Under the pieces are notes generated by a model, which was given only the letters and a program-made list of their open reading frames with translations, was not told the DNA's origin and made no database searches. The position numbers and the translations under genes are program-made. This document shows, one piece after another, positions 25,716 through 36,506 of a stretch of 64,000 nucleotides of DNA (position 1 is the first letter of the stretch; every line of letters starts with the position of its first letter). The DNA lies in assembly GCA_016748015.1 (NCBI GenBank), contig JAAOMT010000009.1, positions 266,459-330,458 of the forward strand, read 5' to 3'. This stretch comes from Geosiphon pyriformis uo1. Taxonomy: Eukaryota > Fungi > Glomeromycota.

Positions 25716-28700
25716 TTAAACTATGGATTTTGTACTGCTTTTGTTCTCTTCTTTCGTCATAGAAATTTCACATTGAATTGAACTTGGGGTGCGTGAGATT
25801 TTGCTGGTTCCTATAAAAAATTATTGAATTTTTGTATGTAGTTGCGAAAATATATCACTCCATATTTTAAGTCCAATCTTACATACCATACGAGTCACGT
25901 AATGTTTCATGCCCATAATTCACCGAGTTAGTTCGCATATTCTCCAATTGTTCTGCTATAGAGGAAATTGTGGGTCGAAGAGCAGGCTCTTTATCCCAAC
26001 ATTGTTGATATAAAGTAACATATTCAGGAGGACTATCATTAGTAGGCTTCTCGCGTTCACCATTGATAATGCTCGCTATCAGATCGTTATCACCAGCGCG
26101 ATGTAAAAATGGAACATAGCCACTAGAAATCTCCCATAAAATGACACCTAATCCATAAACATCACTCCGATGATCATGTGGATATCGTTTGTTTTGCAGG
26201 CGTTGAGGATCCATAAAAGGTATTACACCATGTACTGAATACGGCATTGTCATGTCAATTTCCATTACTTTTGATAGCCCGAAATCCGTCAATAGAGCGA
26301 CACCGTTGTGGATCAAAACATTTTGAGAATGCTAGAAATATGTCGAAAGTAGCAATTTTTATGAGCAATGCATTTCTGACAACTTGATAACACAAGAAGG
26401 ACAACACCTACCAAGTCTAGATGCAGAATTCCATTTTCATGAAGGAATTTCAATCCACTAGTTACATCAATGGCGAAGGTGAATTTATCTTGCCACGATA
26501 AGAATTCGAATTGATCATTGAGATAAGTTCTTAAACTGCCGCCATTTGCATAATGCAAAACCAGACAATAATCTTGGTTAGATGGGTTCATTGTTAATCC
26601 GTAAAATCTAATTGTATTGGGATGATTTACGACGCGCAGCAAAATTTGAACCTAAATTGAGCTAAAATGTGTTAATTTCGGTTCAAAAAATTAAAAATAT
26701 AAAGTGTAAATCATACCTCTTTTGCAAGTGTATTATTCTCATTGAAAGAGGCAGGTGAGGTATTTGGAATATGTTTTAATGCGATGCTAGTCTTTCTAGA
26801 AATCCAGATTGCCTTTGAAACTAGACCATAACTTCCACCACCAAGGAAATCTCGGTCAACAAAATCATCTTGGTCGAAAAATTCGAGAATCCCATCGTGG
26901 ATTAATGATCTTATCCAAAAAGGATGAATAATAGGAATTTTTGATTTTTGAGTGCCAATCGGAGAGTTAATTAAGCTGATAGTATCTACTTCTGTGGTCC
27001 AAGGATTTTTTAAATCTAAAGAATGTTATGATAAATTCGAATAAAATAGTTTCATGATAATGAAAAATATTCAATATAGAAATATTTGAAAACATTTATG
27101 ATGACTCACAATTATTTGAGCTTTTTTTGACCCTCTTGATGATACGTCGGATTGTTAAAAAGGTCAAAACTAATACTGAAATAGATGCGATAAAGATGGC
27201 TATCCAAAACCCGATGAATTTTCCATTTTTTGAATCCGTTTCACCACCCAACTGGGTGGTCAATGCATCAGAATATATTATCGGGGAACCAGAAAGAGAA
27301 CCTACAAGACATTCAAAGAATTTAAATTTGATAATCTCAATTGAAGGCTTAATTACATCACAATGCAATATTTCACCATCATGTATTGAAGACAGGTCTT
27401 TGGAAATAATTTCCCAATATTTTCTATTTCTCGGAAAAACACACCAAAGTGTATTATTTTCCATTATATTAGGAGCTGTACAGTTCGTAGGAATATCAGA
27501 AAGTGTGGTTGCATTTCCTTGTGACGTTTCGATTGTGTATTGGAAGGTTTGATCACTATAGTTTGCGACTAAATAGTATTTACTTGATAAACCGGTGAAA
27601 ATTCGCACTGTTTCGTAAGCTGGGCTCATTGGAAAAACTTGGCTCTCGTTTTTATAGCCTCTTTTCATATAAGAATAAGTGGTTGAATCATCGCTTGAGT
27701 TTTTAACACCTAATACACATCCGTATGTTTCACCTATAAGCAATCAAGAAAGTTGAATATGGTTATTTTTTATGTTAGGTAGTGATCAATTTGTTAATAA
27801 GAAATTCCAAAATTTATGAAATATTTACTAACCTGGAAATTCATCACGACACGATATCGAATGGCTTGAAATATTGTTACTCTGGATTGAATCAAGTAAC
27901 AACGGATCTCCAGTTTTAGCAGCACCGGCTTCCAAAAACAAATCATAGATATTCCACAAGTTTTTCTGTAGACAATCCTTTGTGGTAACCACGAAGCCAA
28001 ATCCACCAATTTTTAAAGGAAAAGCATTATACGAAATCACATTTTGTAAATCAATTATGTCAGTTGTGTCTTGTACTGACATCATATGATCACTGAAATA
28101 CATGAAAAAATATATATATATACTGAAAATTTGCAATTTAGAATAGACAAAAAACGCGTAAAAATTACTCACCTGATTGAAAATCTTTTATAGTAGATAT
28201 TTTTAGCTTCATTTATATGAGTCCATAAATGAAAAGAATTATTTTTTTGACCTCTTATTGCCAATCCTCCTTTGGGTACATTCGCTAATTCTGAAGTATA
28301 GCCAAATCGTATAGATGACCTAGAAATTTTTATGTAAAGTATTTTCTTTATTATCTAATAATGATCGAAATAAATTCGGATCTTTTAATCTCTTGTAATA
28401 AATCAATGCTTACTCGTAAATTTTTCCCGTCCATGAAAGACCAATTCCTTGGACGACATATTTCTCATTATTTTCATTTCCAGTGGAATTTAAGTATGAA
28501 ACTAAAATATAATCTTGTTGTAACACCCAAAAATTTATCGTATCTTGACAAAAATTGAATTCAGGAATGGGGGCTTGTAATTCCCAAATCGCTAGCGTTT
28601 TATTCGGAAATAAGACACGAAATTGAATGCGAGGCTCAACACAATTTTTATCTTGACTAAGTTTTGACATTCTCACTACCATGGTACCATCCAAATACGA

Positions 28701-28841
28701 ATCTGTTTGATGTGCAAATAGACCATCTTCCAATTCGGTATAAGCGTTCACACCATTAAAATGGGATAAGTTCAAAATTAAAAGAAAGGAAAAGGCATAA
28801 AGAAAACCACAGGAGGGGTAAGGTAAAATCTTGTTTTTCAT
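25716..28841 (-). CDS. Receptor-like protein kinase: signal peptide, Cys-containing ectodomain, single TM, TKL-type kinase (multi-exon)
   Basis: Signal peptide ending NGVNA; TM FIGFWIAIFIASISVLVLTFLTI followed by RRIIKRVKK (~27120-27220). Kinase motifs LGGGSYGLV, IALK, HPNTIRFYG, HLDL|HSQNV, DFGLS, GVIPFMDPQ, SDVYGLGVILWEISSG..PF, CW....RP. Colinear exons with GT..AG introns; last exon stop at 25716-25718. Confidence 0.85.
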
Positions 28842-30149
28842 GATTGGTTCAAAGGTTGGAGAAATAGAGAATCTTTATTTTAATTTGAGATTGGCTGTAT
28901 TTAAACGAATAAGTGAAGAATTATCATGTTGATGATGCTCATCATGGTGATAATAAATTTTATGAAACTTCAGGGTAAACATGATCATGCAAAATATTTT
29001 TCCGTCGATAATAAGATATTCCAGGCTATAATAACTGATCCGAGTTATTTATCTCTCGGAAGTTCCATGTTTAACTATTAATAACTCAAAATAAATGGTT
29101 TGAAAAAAATTTTTAATATAGGTTCGATATTAAATTTGAAATAAAAATCTGGAAATAGGTTATAATTATTATTTATTTTGTTTATTTGAACTCTCACCTA
29201 CTATACTTGACGTGAACATTTCATAAAAGATAAAACTAATTCAAATTCGGCATATTATATATCATTTAAAACAAAACGCTTCAGAATGAAAGAGAGGGTT
29301 CGAATTTTAATAGGGGAGATTTGATACGGAAAAATGAAATGGGTCATCAAACTATTTATTAATATCAAGAATAATTGTTTTTCTGATTCATAGATTAGAT
29401 AGAAAATTTTTTTTAAAAATTCGAAAACAAAATAATCCTAATTGTAAGTTCAAATAATATATTAATTCTTTTAAAAATGACAAAGATTAAATTAAAAGCT
29501 TTATCAGGCTTTTTAATCAAATAGGACAAAAAATAAATTCTAATCGCCTTTAAGAATGAAAATATATTATATTCAATATTTTATTTTTATTTAAAAATGA
29601 TAATCAAATTAAAAGATGTTTAAAAAACCATCATCAAAATAATTTTCATTTAATTTAAATACATTTTTTGGGATGTGATTCTTTTTTAGCCATAAAAATG
29701 TTCAAATTTTTTACTGGTGAAGTTTCTCATCTATAATATTTAAGACTATAAGTTGTTTAGGATACATGAATGAGAAAAAAATTCTATGAGTATTTTAAAA
29801 TGGAAAATCTTCAAAATAGTTTTTTGCCGAAATTAAATATTTAAAAGATTTGGTTTAATTATTAGTATATAAACAAAGCATCTGACATAATTGAATACAT
29901 TTAGCAGAAAGTAAGAAAGAAAAGTAAATTGAGTCAATAGATATTAATACTCGAAATCTTTGAATTTTCTCACTTGATAAGATGTATTCACAAAGTTTTA
30001 AAGATAAGGAGTTTTATATCTAATCCAAAATACATCATATTAAGTATCCTCAAAATGTGAAAAATCGAATGTAAACTTGGATTCTCAGGAAGTTTTCATG
30101 AAATCTTTAAAGACCAGCTTTCAGTGTTTACTTATTTTCACAATAAACT

Positions 30150-31105
30150 CTTTAATATCCCAAAAAGGAATAAGATCTTTTGAACATTTTTAATGGTGAT
30201 CCCGGAGCAACCTGATCACTTTTCCCTTCCAAAATAAGAATTGAGGTATTGATTCCTCCTAGGGGGCTTCAAGTTCTAAATTTTAACAGATTCGCTTAGA
30301 ATGAAACGACTTAAATGTAGAGCTATTAAGAATTAAAATGATGAAAAAGTTTCAAAAAGGTAAATACTTTGTTTCGCTATTCCTTTGATTAATGCGTTTG
30401 AGACAAGTAAAAGAAGATCCAAGGAAAAACAAGACTATTTCTTCAGGAAAATCCTTCGCATCTTTGCCCTTGAATTTTTTAATAAACTCATATCGTATAT
30501 CAACCTGGTTCTCAAAATGTGACATTCAAAAGTCTGCTATTCATAGTTTGTCTCTTTGGATTTAAAAGACCACCATAAACCGATACGAAACCATTCACCC
30601 TAGAATATCCATTTTCCAAAAAGTAAATTTGGCTTATAAAAGATCCAAATGACCACCCGACTAGAGTGTCTTTTTTATTTGGTGTTTGATCAGTGATTAC
30701 ATTAATCACCGTATTCAAGTCATCCCTGAAATATGATAAATTGCTGTATGATTGGGATCAATAGATCTTTCACTGTTTCCAGATCCACGAAAGTCATATC
30801 GAACAAGGTGAAAATATTTGCCCCAGATACAGACTATAAAATTGTGAATTCCAGGCAATTCTTGATTGAAGGAAACCATGAATCAATCTAATTGTTGGCT
30901 TTATACGATCCCTAGTTTCTTCGATATAGATATCAAGATTGTTTGCGCCTTTAACAGTAAAGCTGTTTATTGAAATAGTAGATGCGTGTGTAAAACCAAG
31001 AGGAAAATCAATGTATGATATTGGGTCGACATTAGTTGTTACCGAAAAGCCAATAAAAAATTCTGTATAAATGAGCGAAAATAATTTCAATAGGTATGTA
31101 AACAT
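30150..31105 (-). pseudogene. Alpha/beta hydrolase (non-heme haloperoxidase/arylesterase-like) pseudogene
   Basis: IYIEET..KPTIRLIHGFLQSRIAWNSQF, DFRGSGNSE and LVGWSFG nucleophile elbow lie in different frames, with stops and frameshifts. 3' boundary approximate. Confidence 0.75.
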
Positions 31106-31649
31106 CTCTGTAATTGAAGATTGAGATACTACGTTTTCAGAGCTTTCAAAAAATTTTATTTCATCTAACTAGGAAATCTCGTTAAATATTGACTCGAAAC
31201 ACTAAATAGTGAAAAATCAATAAATGGTTACATGAAATGTATTAAATATTTTTCAGCTTTAATCATGCATTCGATACTTGGAGCGTAGAACTTTTTTCGG
31301 ATCTTTAGATAATCTAAAAATTTATAATGCAGGGAAAAATCTATAGCATGAATCAGTGAAATTTTTTCATTCGATTTTTTAAGGATCAAAGCAATCCCAT
31401 TTGAAAAAACTTTTGATTTGGAGAAAAAATTTTAAATTTACAATGATAGAAATATGTAAAAAACAATAAATCTAAGAAAGATACAAAACCTCTTACATTT
31501 TTTGCCTTCGAGAAAAGTTTTTACTCTTGAACTTTAAACTTCCTAAAGAAATCCAAAATATAGGAATCGTCAAAAAATGGGTTTCAAAATATCTTGAAAT
31601 TTTTTTGCAAAAGAGGGATGAGGTTTCCAAGTTTTTAGTAATTGTGAAA

Positions 31650-32010
31650 ATGTTTTCTAAAGCACCTCTACCTCCTCATCCACCCATACTCACCCCCCCC
31701 CCAAACACTACCAGTGCAAGTATAAGGGTAGCAATAATGGTAATAATAACAAGGGTAATTTTAACGATAGGGTCAATGGTAATTACAATTTAATGGTAAC
31801 TTAAATGGAAATATCCATTGAAAAAAGTTTTATTGGCAATTCAAAAGGAACTTTTAAGAAAATGGTAGCAACAGTGAAAATATCAAATTAAGGAGATTTG
31901 AATGGTAACTCTAATAATATTTAGAATCAAGTAATCGAAACGGAAAAAACAATCAGGATTATAACTACAGATCATTAAAAAGACTAATAGAAGATGTAGA
32001 GCCCCTCAAC
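31650..32010 (+). pseudogene. Degenerate Asn/Gly repeat gene related to 20333-21817
   Basis: After a Pro-rich stretch (APLPPHPPILTPPP), shifted frames read GSNNGNNNKGNFNDRVNGNYN, NGNLNGN, NGSNS and GDLNGNSNN. Several frameshifts. Confidence 0.6.
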
Positions 32011-32649
32011 TTATTATTAAAAACAAAAGGGGCTTTGCAGAAAAAAATGGAAAATCTAAATACCAAATATTTCACAAAGTGTGAAAATTCCTCTTTGTCA
32101 AGATCCTAAATTCCTTAATTATATTAGATGCTATGTTCTACCCTCAAAGCATTCCAAGAGTATCAGCACAACTTCTACATCCTAGAAAATTTGATTTTTG
32201 TCAGCAATAATAAATTTGGACGAAAATAAAGCAGCTCTGATAAAATCTTTTGATAGTGATTATTGTAAATCTATTTTCTTTTTCAAAAACTTTTATGTGG
32301 CAAATAAAGTCTCTAAACTTGAGATTCAACGCATCCTCAAGTTTAAAGGTTTACAATGGGAGTTAATTTTTGCTTTCAGTTAAGCAAAAAACTGACCTTT
32401 TTCACACCGGTATCGGCCAAGCTTGTTACTCAAGATTGTGATTTAATTTTTCGTTAGGAATTGATATCATCCCACTTTCCGAGACATTCTAAATTTTTTT
32501 AAAAATACTTCTAAAAAGTTTATTGTGCAAGAAAATAGCCTCAATTAAAAATAGAATTGATAAATATGCTATTTAGCAATATCAAAGCTTTTAGATCCGT
32601 ACTAAGTTTTAACTAAAAGGCAAAAATTATCAATCAGATATTTATGAAA

Positions 32650-33470
32650 TTGGCCAAGTATGCGTACTATACATTTGTCATTTTCGTATAGTTTTCGTGT
32701 AATCTCTCTTTATCATGTCTGAAACTTCAAAAGGAGGAATGAAAATGAATTCGCGGATCAAGAATCTAACTGATTTCTGATGAATTTTACTGTGCAAATG
32801 TATAAATTTTAGCCACATCCGAAAAATTACCTTATCGAGCCGTTAAGGCATTTTATTCTTACGTTTTGAGGAAAATGCCACTAACTTATCCTTTTGGAAA
32901 ATGAGATTGCATGAAGAGTTGTTTTTGCGTTTTGTATTATGCCTCTTTTTCGAATAGAAACGGTTCGCAGATCTTTTCGAGATCGAAATTATAAAATTTA
33001 CTGATAAACCTCACCGATACGAATTGCCAAACAATGCTTTATCGATTTCATTGATAATATTCGCACTTTGGTTACCTTGGTTAATAGTGTACGGTTGAAA
33101 GTATCTTTATCTTTTAACATTTTTAATGAGCTGCTGTCGCGTTTTTCGCTCCTTCTCTACATGCGGGAGATAAAGACTGTGTTGATGGCAGAAAATGGAA
33201 GATATCCGCAAAGTCTATCACAGGTGGTGACCACAATTTCCAAGACCATTCCACGGCTTATTCGTTCCAATAAGTCTGAAGTCCCGATCGTTTGAAGCTG
33301 ATACCTGACCCAATATCGCTGAGTTCGTAGGTTGGAAGTTCCTTTTGTCTCTCGAGATCCTCTTTTTGCTTTGCTTCAGATACGCGGAACCTTTTTTGTC
33401 AGCAGGGGTAGTGGTGGGAAGAGAAAAAGATTGTGCATTTATTCTTGCAATTTTGAACCTGATAAGCATT
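32650..33470 (-). mobile_element. IS607-family element relic: serine recombinase TnpA fragment followed by internally deleted Fanzor2/TnpB fragment
   Basis: From 33386 the minus strand reads RVSEAKQKEDLERQKE..SDIGSGISFKRSGLQT / LLERISRGMVLEIVVTTCDRLC, the IS607 TnpA catalytic-domain consensus. Downstream it reads TKVRIL..FG, then RLDKVIFRMWLKFIHLHSKIHQKSVRFLIREFIFIPPFEVSDMIKRD..KTIRK (~32850-32680), the Fanzor2 bridge helix/RuvC-II region. Frameshifts, stops and deletions; ends approximate. Confidence 0.85.
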
Positions 33471-33808
33471 ATTAAGCAAATTTTTTCATGGGTTCAAGCA
33501 AATCAAAAGTTTTAAATCCGATTTTATCATTATATAATACATTTAGTTACATATAGTTATTGTGAAAGTTGAGTTGATTTTATTATTTAAATTCGTGGCA
33601 GGTTAAAAAACTAAAAGCCCCAAATCCTAATTCTTATTATAAAATAAAAAATTTATTCTTCAACAAATGTTTATGTAAAAAGTTTTAAATGAAGAAAATA
33701 GTTAAGAATACGTAAACGTTATTTTTTTCCTCCCCTCATCTAATAAAGCTTCTTTTTTTATAGCTATATCAAAATCTTGGGCTAAATGTAAGAATCTCTA
33801 TTAAACTG

Positions 33809-34348
33809 TTAAACACCGACAACGAACGGCCAATTATCCGGCCAATTAAAACTGGGAGCAAAGTATGGTCCAACTCTCGGGTTATTTCCGATATTATTGT
33901 TACCATTGTTGTTAGCATTATTTCCATCTTGAGAAAATTGTGGGATTACAAAGGGCCACGCGGCTGGAATGTAAAATCTGTAATTTGGCACCGAGTTCCA
34001 ATTTCCATTCCCAGAGGTTGTGGGTGCATTTGGTTGGGTAGTAGCAGCTGGAATATCGGTAGCAGTGGGAGCATTACCGATATTGCCATTGCCATTATTG
34101 TTGGCGTTGGCATTAGGAAGTGGAGTGGCAACCTTGGCCACCACAGTAGGAGTCGTGGGGCTAATTTCAACTGGGTTAGGCACAGCGGTATTAAAGTTTC
34201 CATAACCGTTTCCCCATCCGCTACCCACATTATTGTTGCCATTATTATTGCCGTATTGTCTTTTACCTATTTGTTCTACTGGGTGTGTGTTGACAAGGAT
34301 GCTCACTGAAAGAAGAAGAAGAAGAATGTATAAAAAAGTTCTTGACAT
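33809..34348 (-). CDS. Small secreted protein with Asn/Gly motifs and Pro/Thr linkers (179 aa)
   Basis: Signal peptide MSRTFLYILLLLLSVSILVNTHP, Kex2-type KR site, three NNNGNxNI/VG motifs and a repeated aromatic WPFV motif. Confidence 0.88.
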   Translation of the reverse strand: MSRTFLYILLLLLSVSILVNTHPVEQIGKRQYGNNNGNNNVGSGWGNGYGNFNTAVPNPVEISPTTPTVVAKVATPLPNANANNNGNGNIGNAPTATDIPAATTQPNAPTTSGNGNWNSVPNYRFYIPAAWPFVIPQFSQDGNNANNNGNNNIGNNPRVGPYFAPSFNWPDNWPFVVGV

Positions 34349-35089
34349 GGTGGAACAGTATTAATTTTAATGGGAAAAATTAGTCGAGATTAAATATTGG
34401 TTTTCCTTCTTGATGGTGAGAGGAAAAAGTGAATTGGAGTGAATGGGTTAATATCCAAAAGCTTCCTCGACATGATCTTTTATAAAGTTTCAAGAGCCCA
34501 AGAATTTTTTGAAACCTGATCGCTAGTACCATTTCTTGAATTTTTTGTCTAGTAGGATTCTCATGGAAAAAAAATTTCAATAGACCACCACCACTCAAAA
34601 TCAAGATAAAAGCCAATCATACCCACACTGATAATTAGTTTTGGGAACTTGAGTATTTCCGGACTGGAAGATGGCACTGCCACCTATTGTGATATTGAGC
34701 CAAATAAACCAAATCCAGCCTAGCAATCTAGATCTAAAAATAATTTTTACAAGAACTTAAATTAAATATAGCTACCTGATTTAGGCTAAACAGTTGATTT
34801 GCAAGATTGAATAGTGCCGTACCTCAATTGAGAATATTTTTTACAAACGCCAATGAGCATTTCATGTTTACTTTAGCGATATGTATATTTTAAGCTCTAA
34901 AGTTTTTAAATGGTTTATCTCAATAGAGCTAATCAAGTTTTAATTAACATGTTTGAATTGATACTTTTAAATTAAATTTTACAAAACTGTCCCATTATCC
35001 GAAGATTAAATTAAAGTTTGGCTAGTTTTTAAATGTAAAAAGAGAATAGAAAAAAGATGGTTATTGTTTATTCGATTAAATCTGATATT

Positions 35090-35760
35090 TACCTTCGAAT
35101 TACGACATTCTCGATCATTGTTTTTAAGAACTTGAGAATCATATGATAATTACTAATAATGAAGTATTTTTTTTCCGTAAAGATAACCAAATTACGTTTC
35201 GCTCAATTGTAAAAGTTCAATTAGCGACCGGCTGAATACAATTAATTCAGACGATCCTCAGTATTCTAGAAAAGCTTCTTTTAAACTCGATAACTAATTC
35301 TAAATTCTTTTATGACTAATTAATTAGTAATGCATCTTTTTCGTTGCAGTTTAAAAGATTGCCATCTTAAAAAAAGTCATATTTAATTGCAAGATCACTT
35401 ATTATCGCAAAACTAATGAGTGGAAGTTCTGCGAAACCCAACCGGATCGCTCTTTTCATGTAGTTTTTATTGATCATGATATTCTCCTCAAAAGGTCTTT
35501 GTACCCATATAAACAATTTGATATCACGAAAAAGACAAGTTCATACAATCAACCTCTAATTGAAAAACAAGAAAACACACACAAAAGGGTTCGAAAAATG
35601 CTTGATTGGGCACATTATCGATTTCGCCAACTTCTACTTCTAGCCAAAGCAGAAGAATTTTGAGTGTATTATTGTACAGAATGAAAAGCTCATACGTCCA
35701 AGACCCCAAAGAATTGAAGGGTCCGAGGTATACAAATACTGGAGATCACGCAGGAAATAG
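35090..35760 (+). mobile_element. Second Fanzor2/TnpB relic, heavily deleted
   Basis: Start-less open frame 35376-35660 reads FNCKITYYRKTNEWKFC..HVVFIDHDI (WED/RuvC-I-like) and VRKMLDWAHYRFRQLLLLAKAEEF. With frameshifts it continues IIVQNE/AHTSKT and GSEVYK. Upstream NYDILDH and ITFRS motifs match counterparts in the 47-49 kb copy. Confidence 0.8.
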
Positions 35761-36506
35761 TGTCAATACCTAGTATTGCCTATCTAGTAATCGTATTTTT
35801 AGCTCTTTAAATTATGATCGATCGATTTTTTTCATAAGTTTTTAAATAAATATAAACAAAAAAGGCATAGTTTCTTGATCACCACCAACTATAATAACCC
35901 TTTTTGTTACTTCAGTTCAAATAAGTATATCAATATCACTAAGCTTTTAAAAAATTTAAACTTAGAATTTTTTAATGATGTAATAAAATTAATTGTTTGT
36001 TCGATATAAATGGAATGTGAAAATTTCTATGAGTTGCCATAGAACATCTTATAGTAGTTATACGCAAGATTTATGCTTTTCAGTATGTCTTTATATAAAA
36101 AATTTTTGATTAATTTCCAAAAATATAAATCGAATTTTCCGTTGTGTAAAACATCAAAATATTGTCTTAACCAATGCAAATACTGAATTCTCAAATAGTC
36201 TTAATTTAAAACAACAAAATTTATTCTGTGCTAAAAATAATCTATTTTATCCAGCTTTCATATGAATGAGAGAATTTCGTGAGAAGTTAATTTTTTAATG
36301 AAAAATCTATTAATGCTACTCTTTTTTTGACTAAAATTTAGACCTAATTAGTGTTTTTAATTTTTTTAAAAAAGGAATCCAAATAGCTTGTTTCCGCTGA
36401 ATCAAATTTTGTGACTTATCTTAAAACCTTTGCTTTTAAACTTCATATAATGCAAAGAAAGCGACAAATCGACTCTCAAAGAACAATTGAATCCCAGCTG
36501 AATTTT

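Noticed and set aside
33218-33469. 83-aa ORF as a real gene
   Set aside because: The meaningful IS607 TnpA motifs lie in the other two frames of the same strand; this ORF is incidental.
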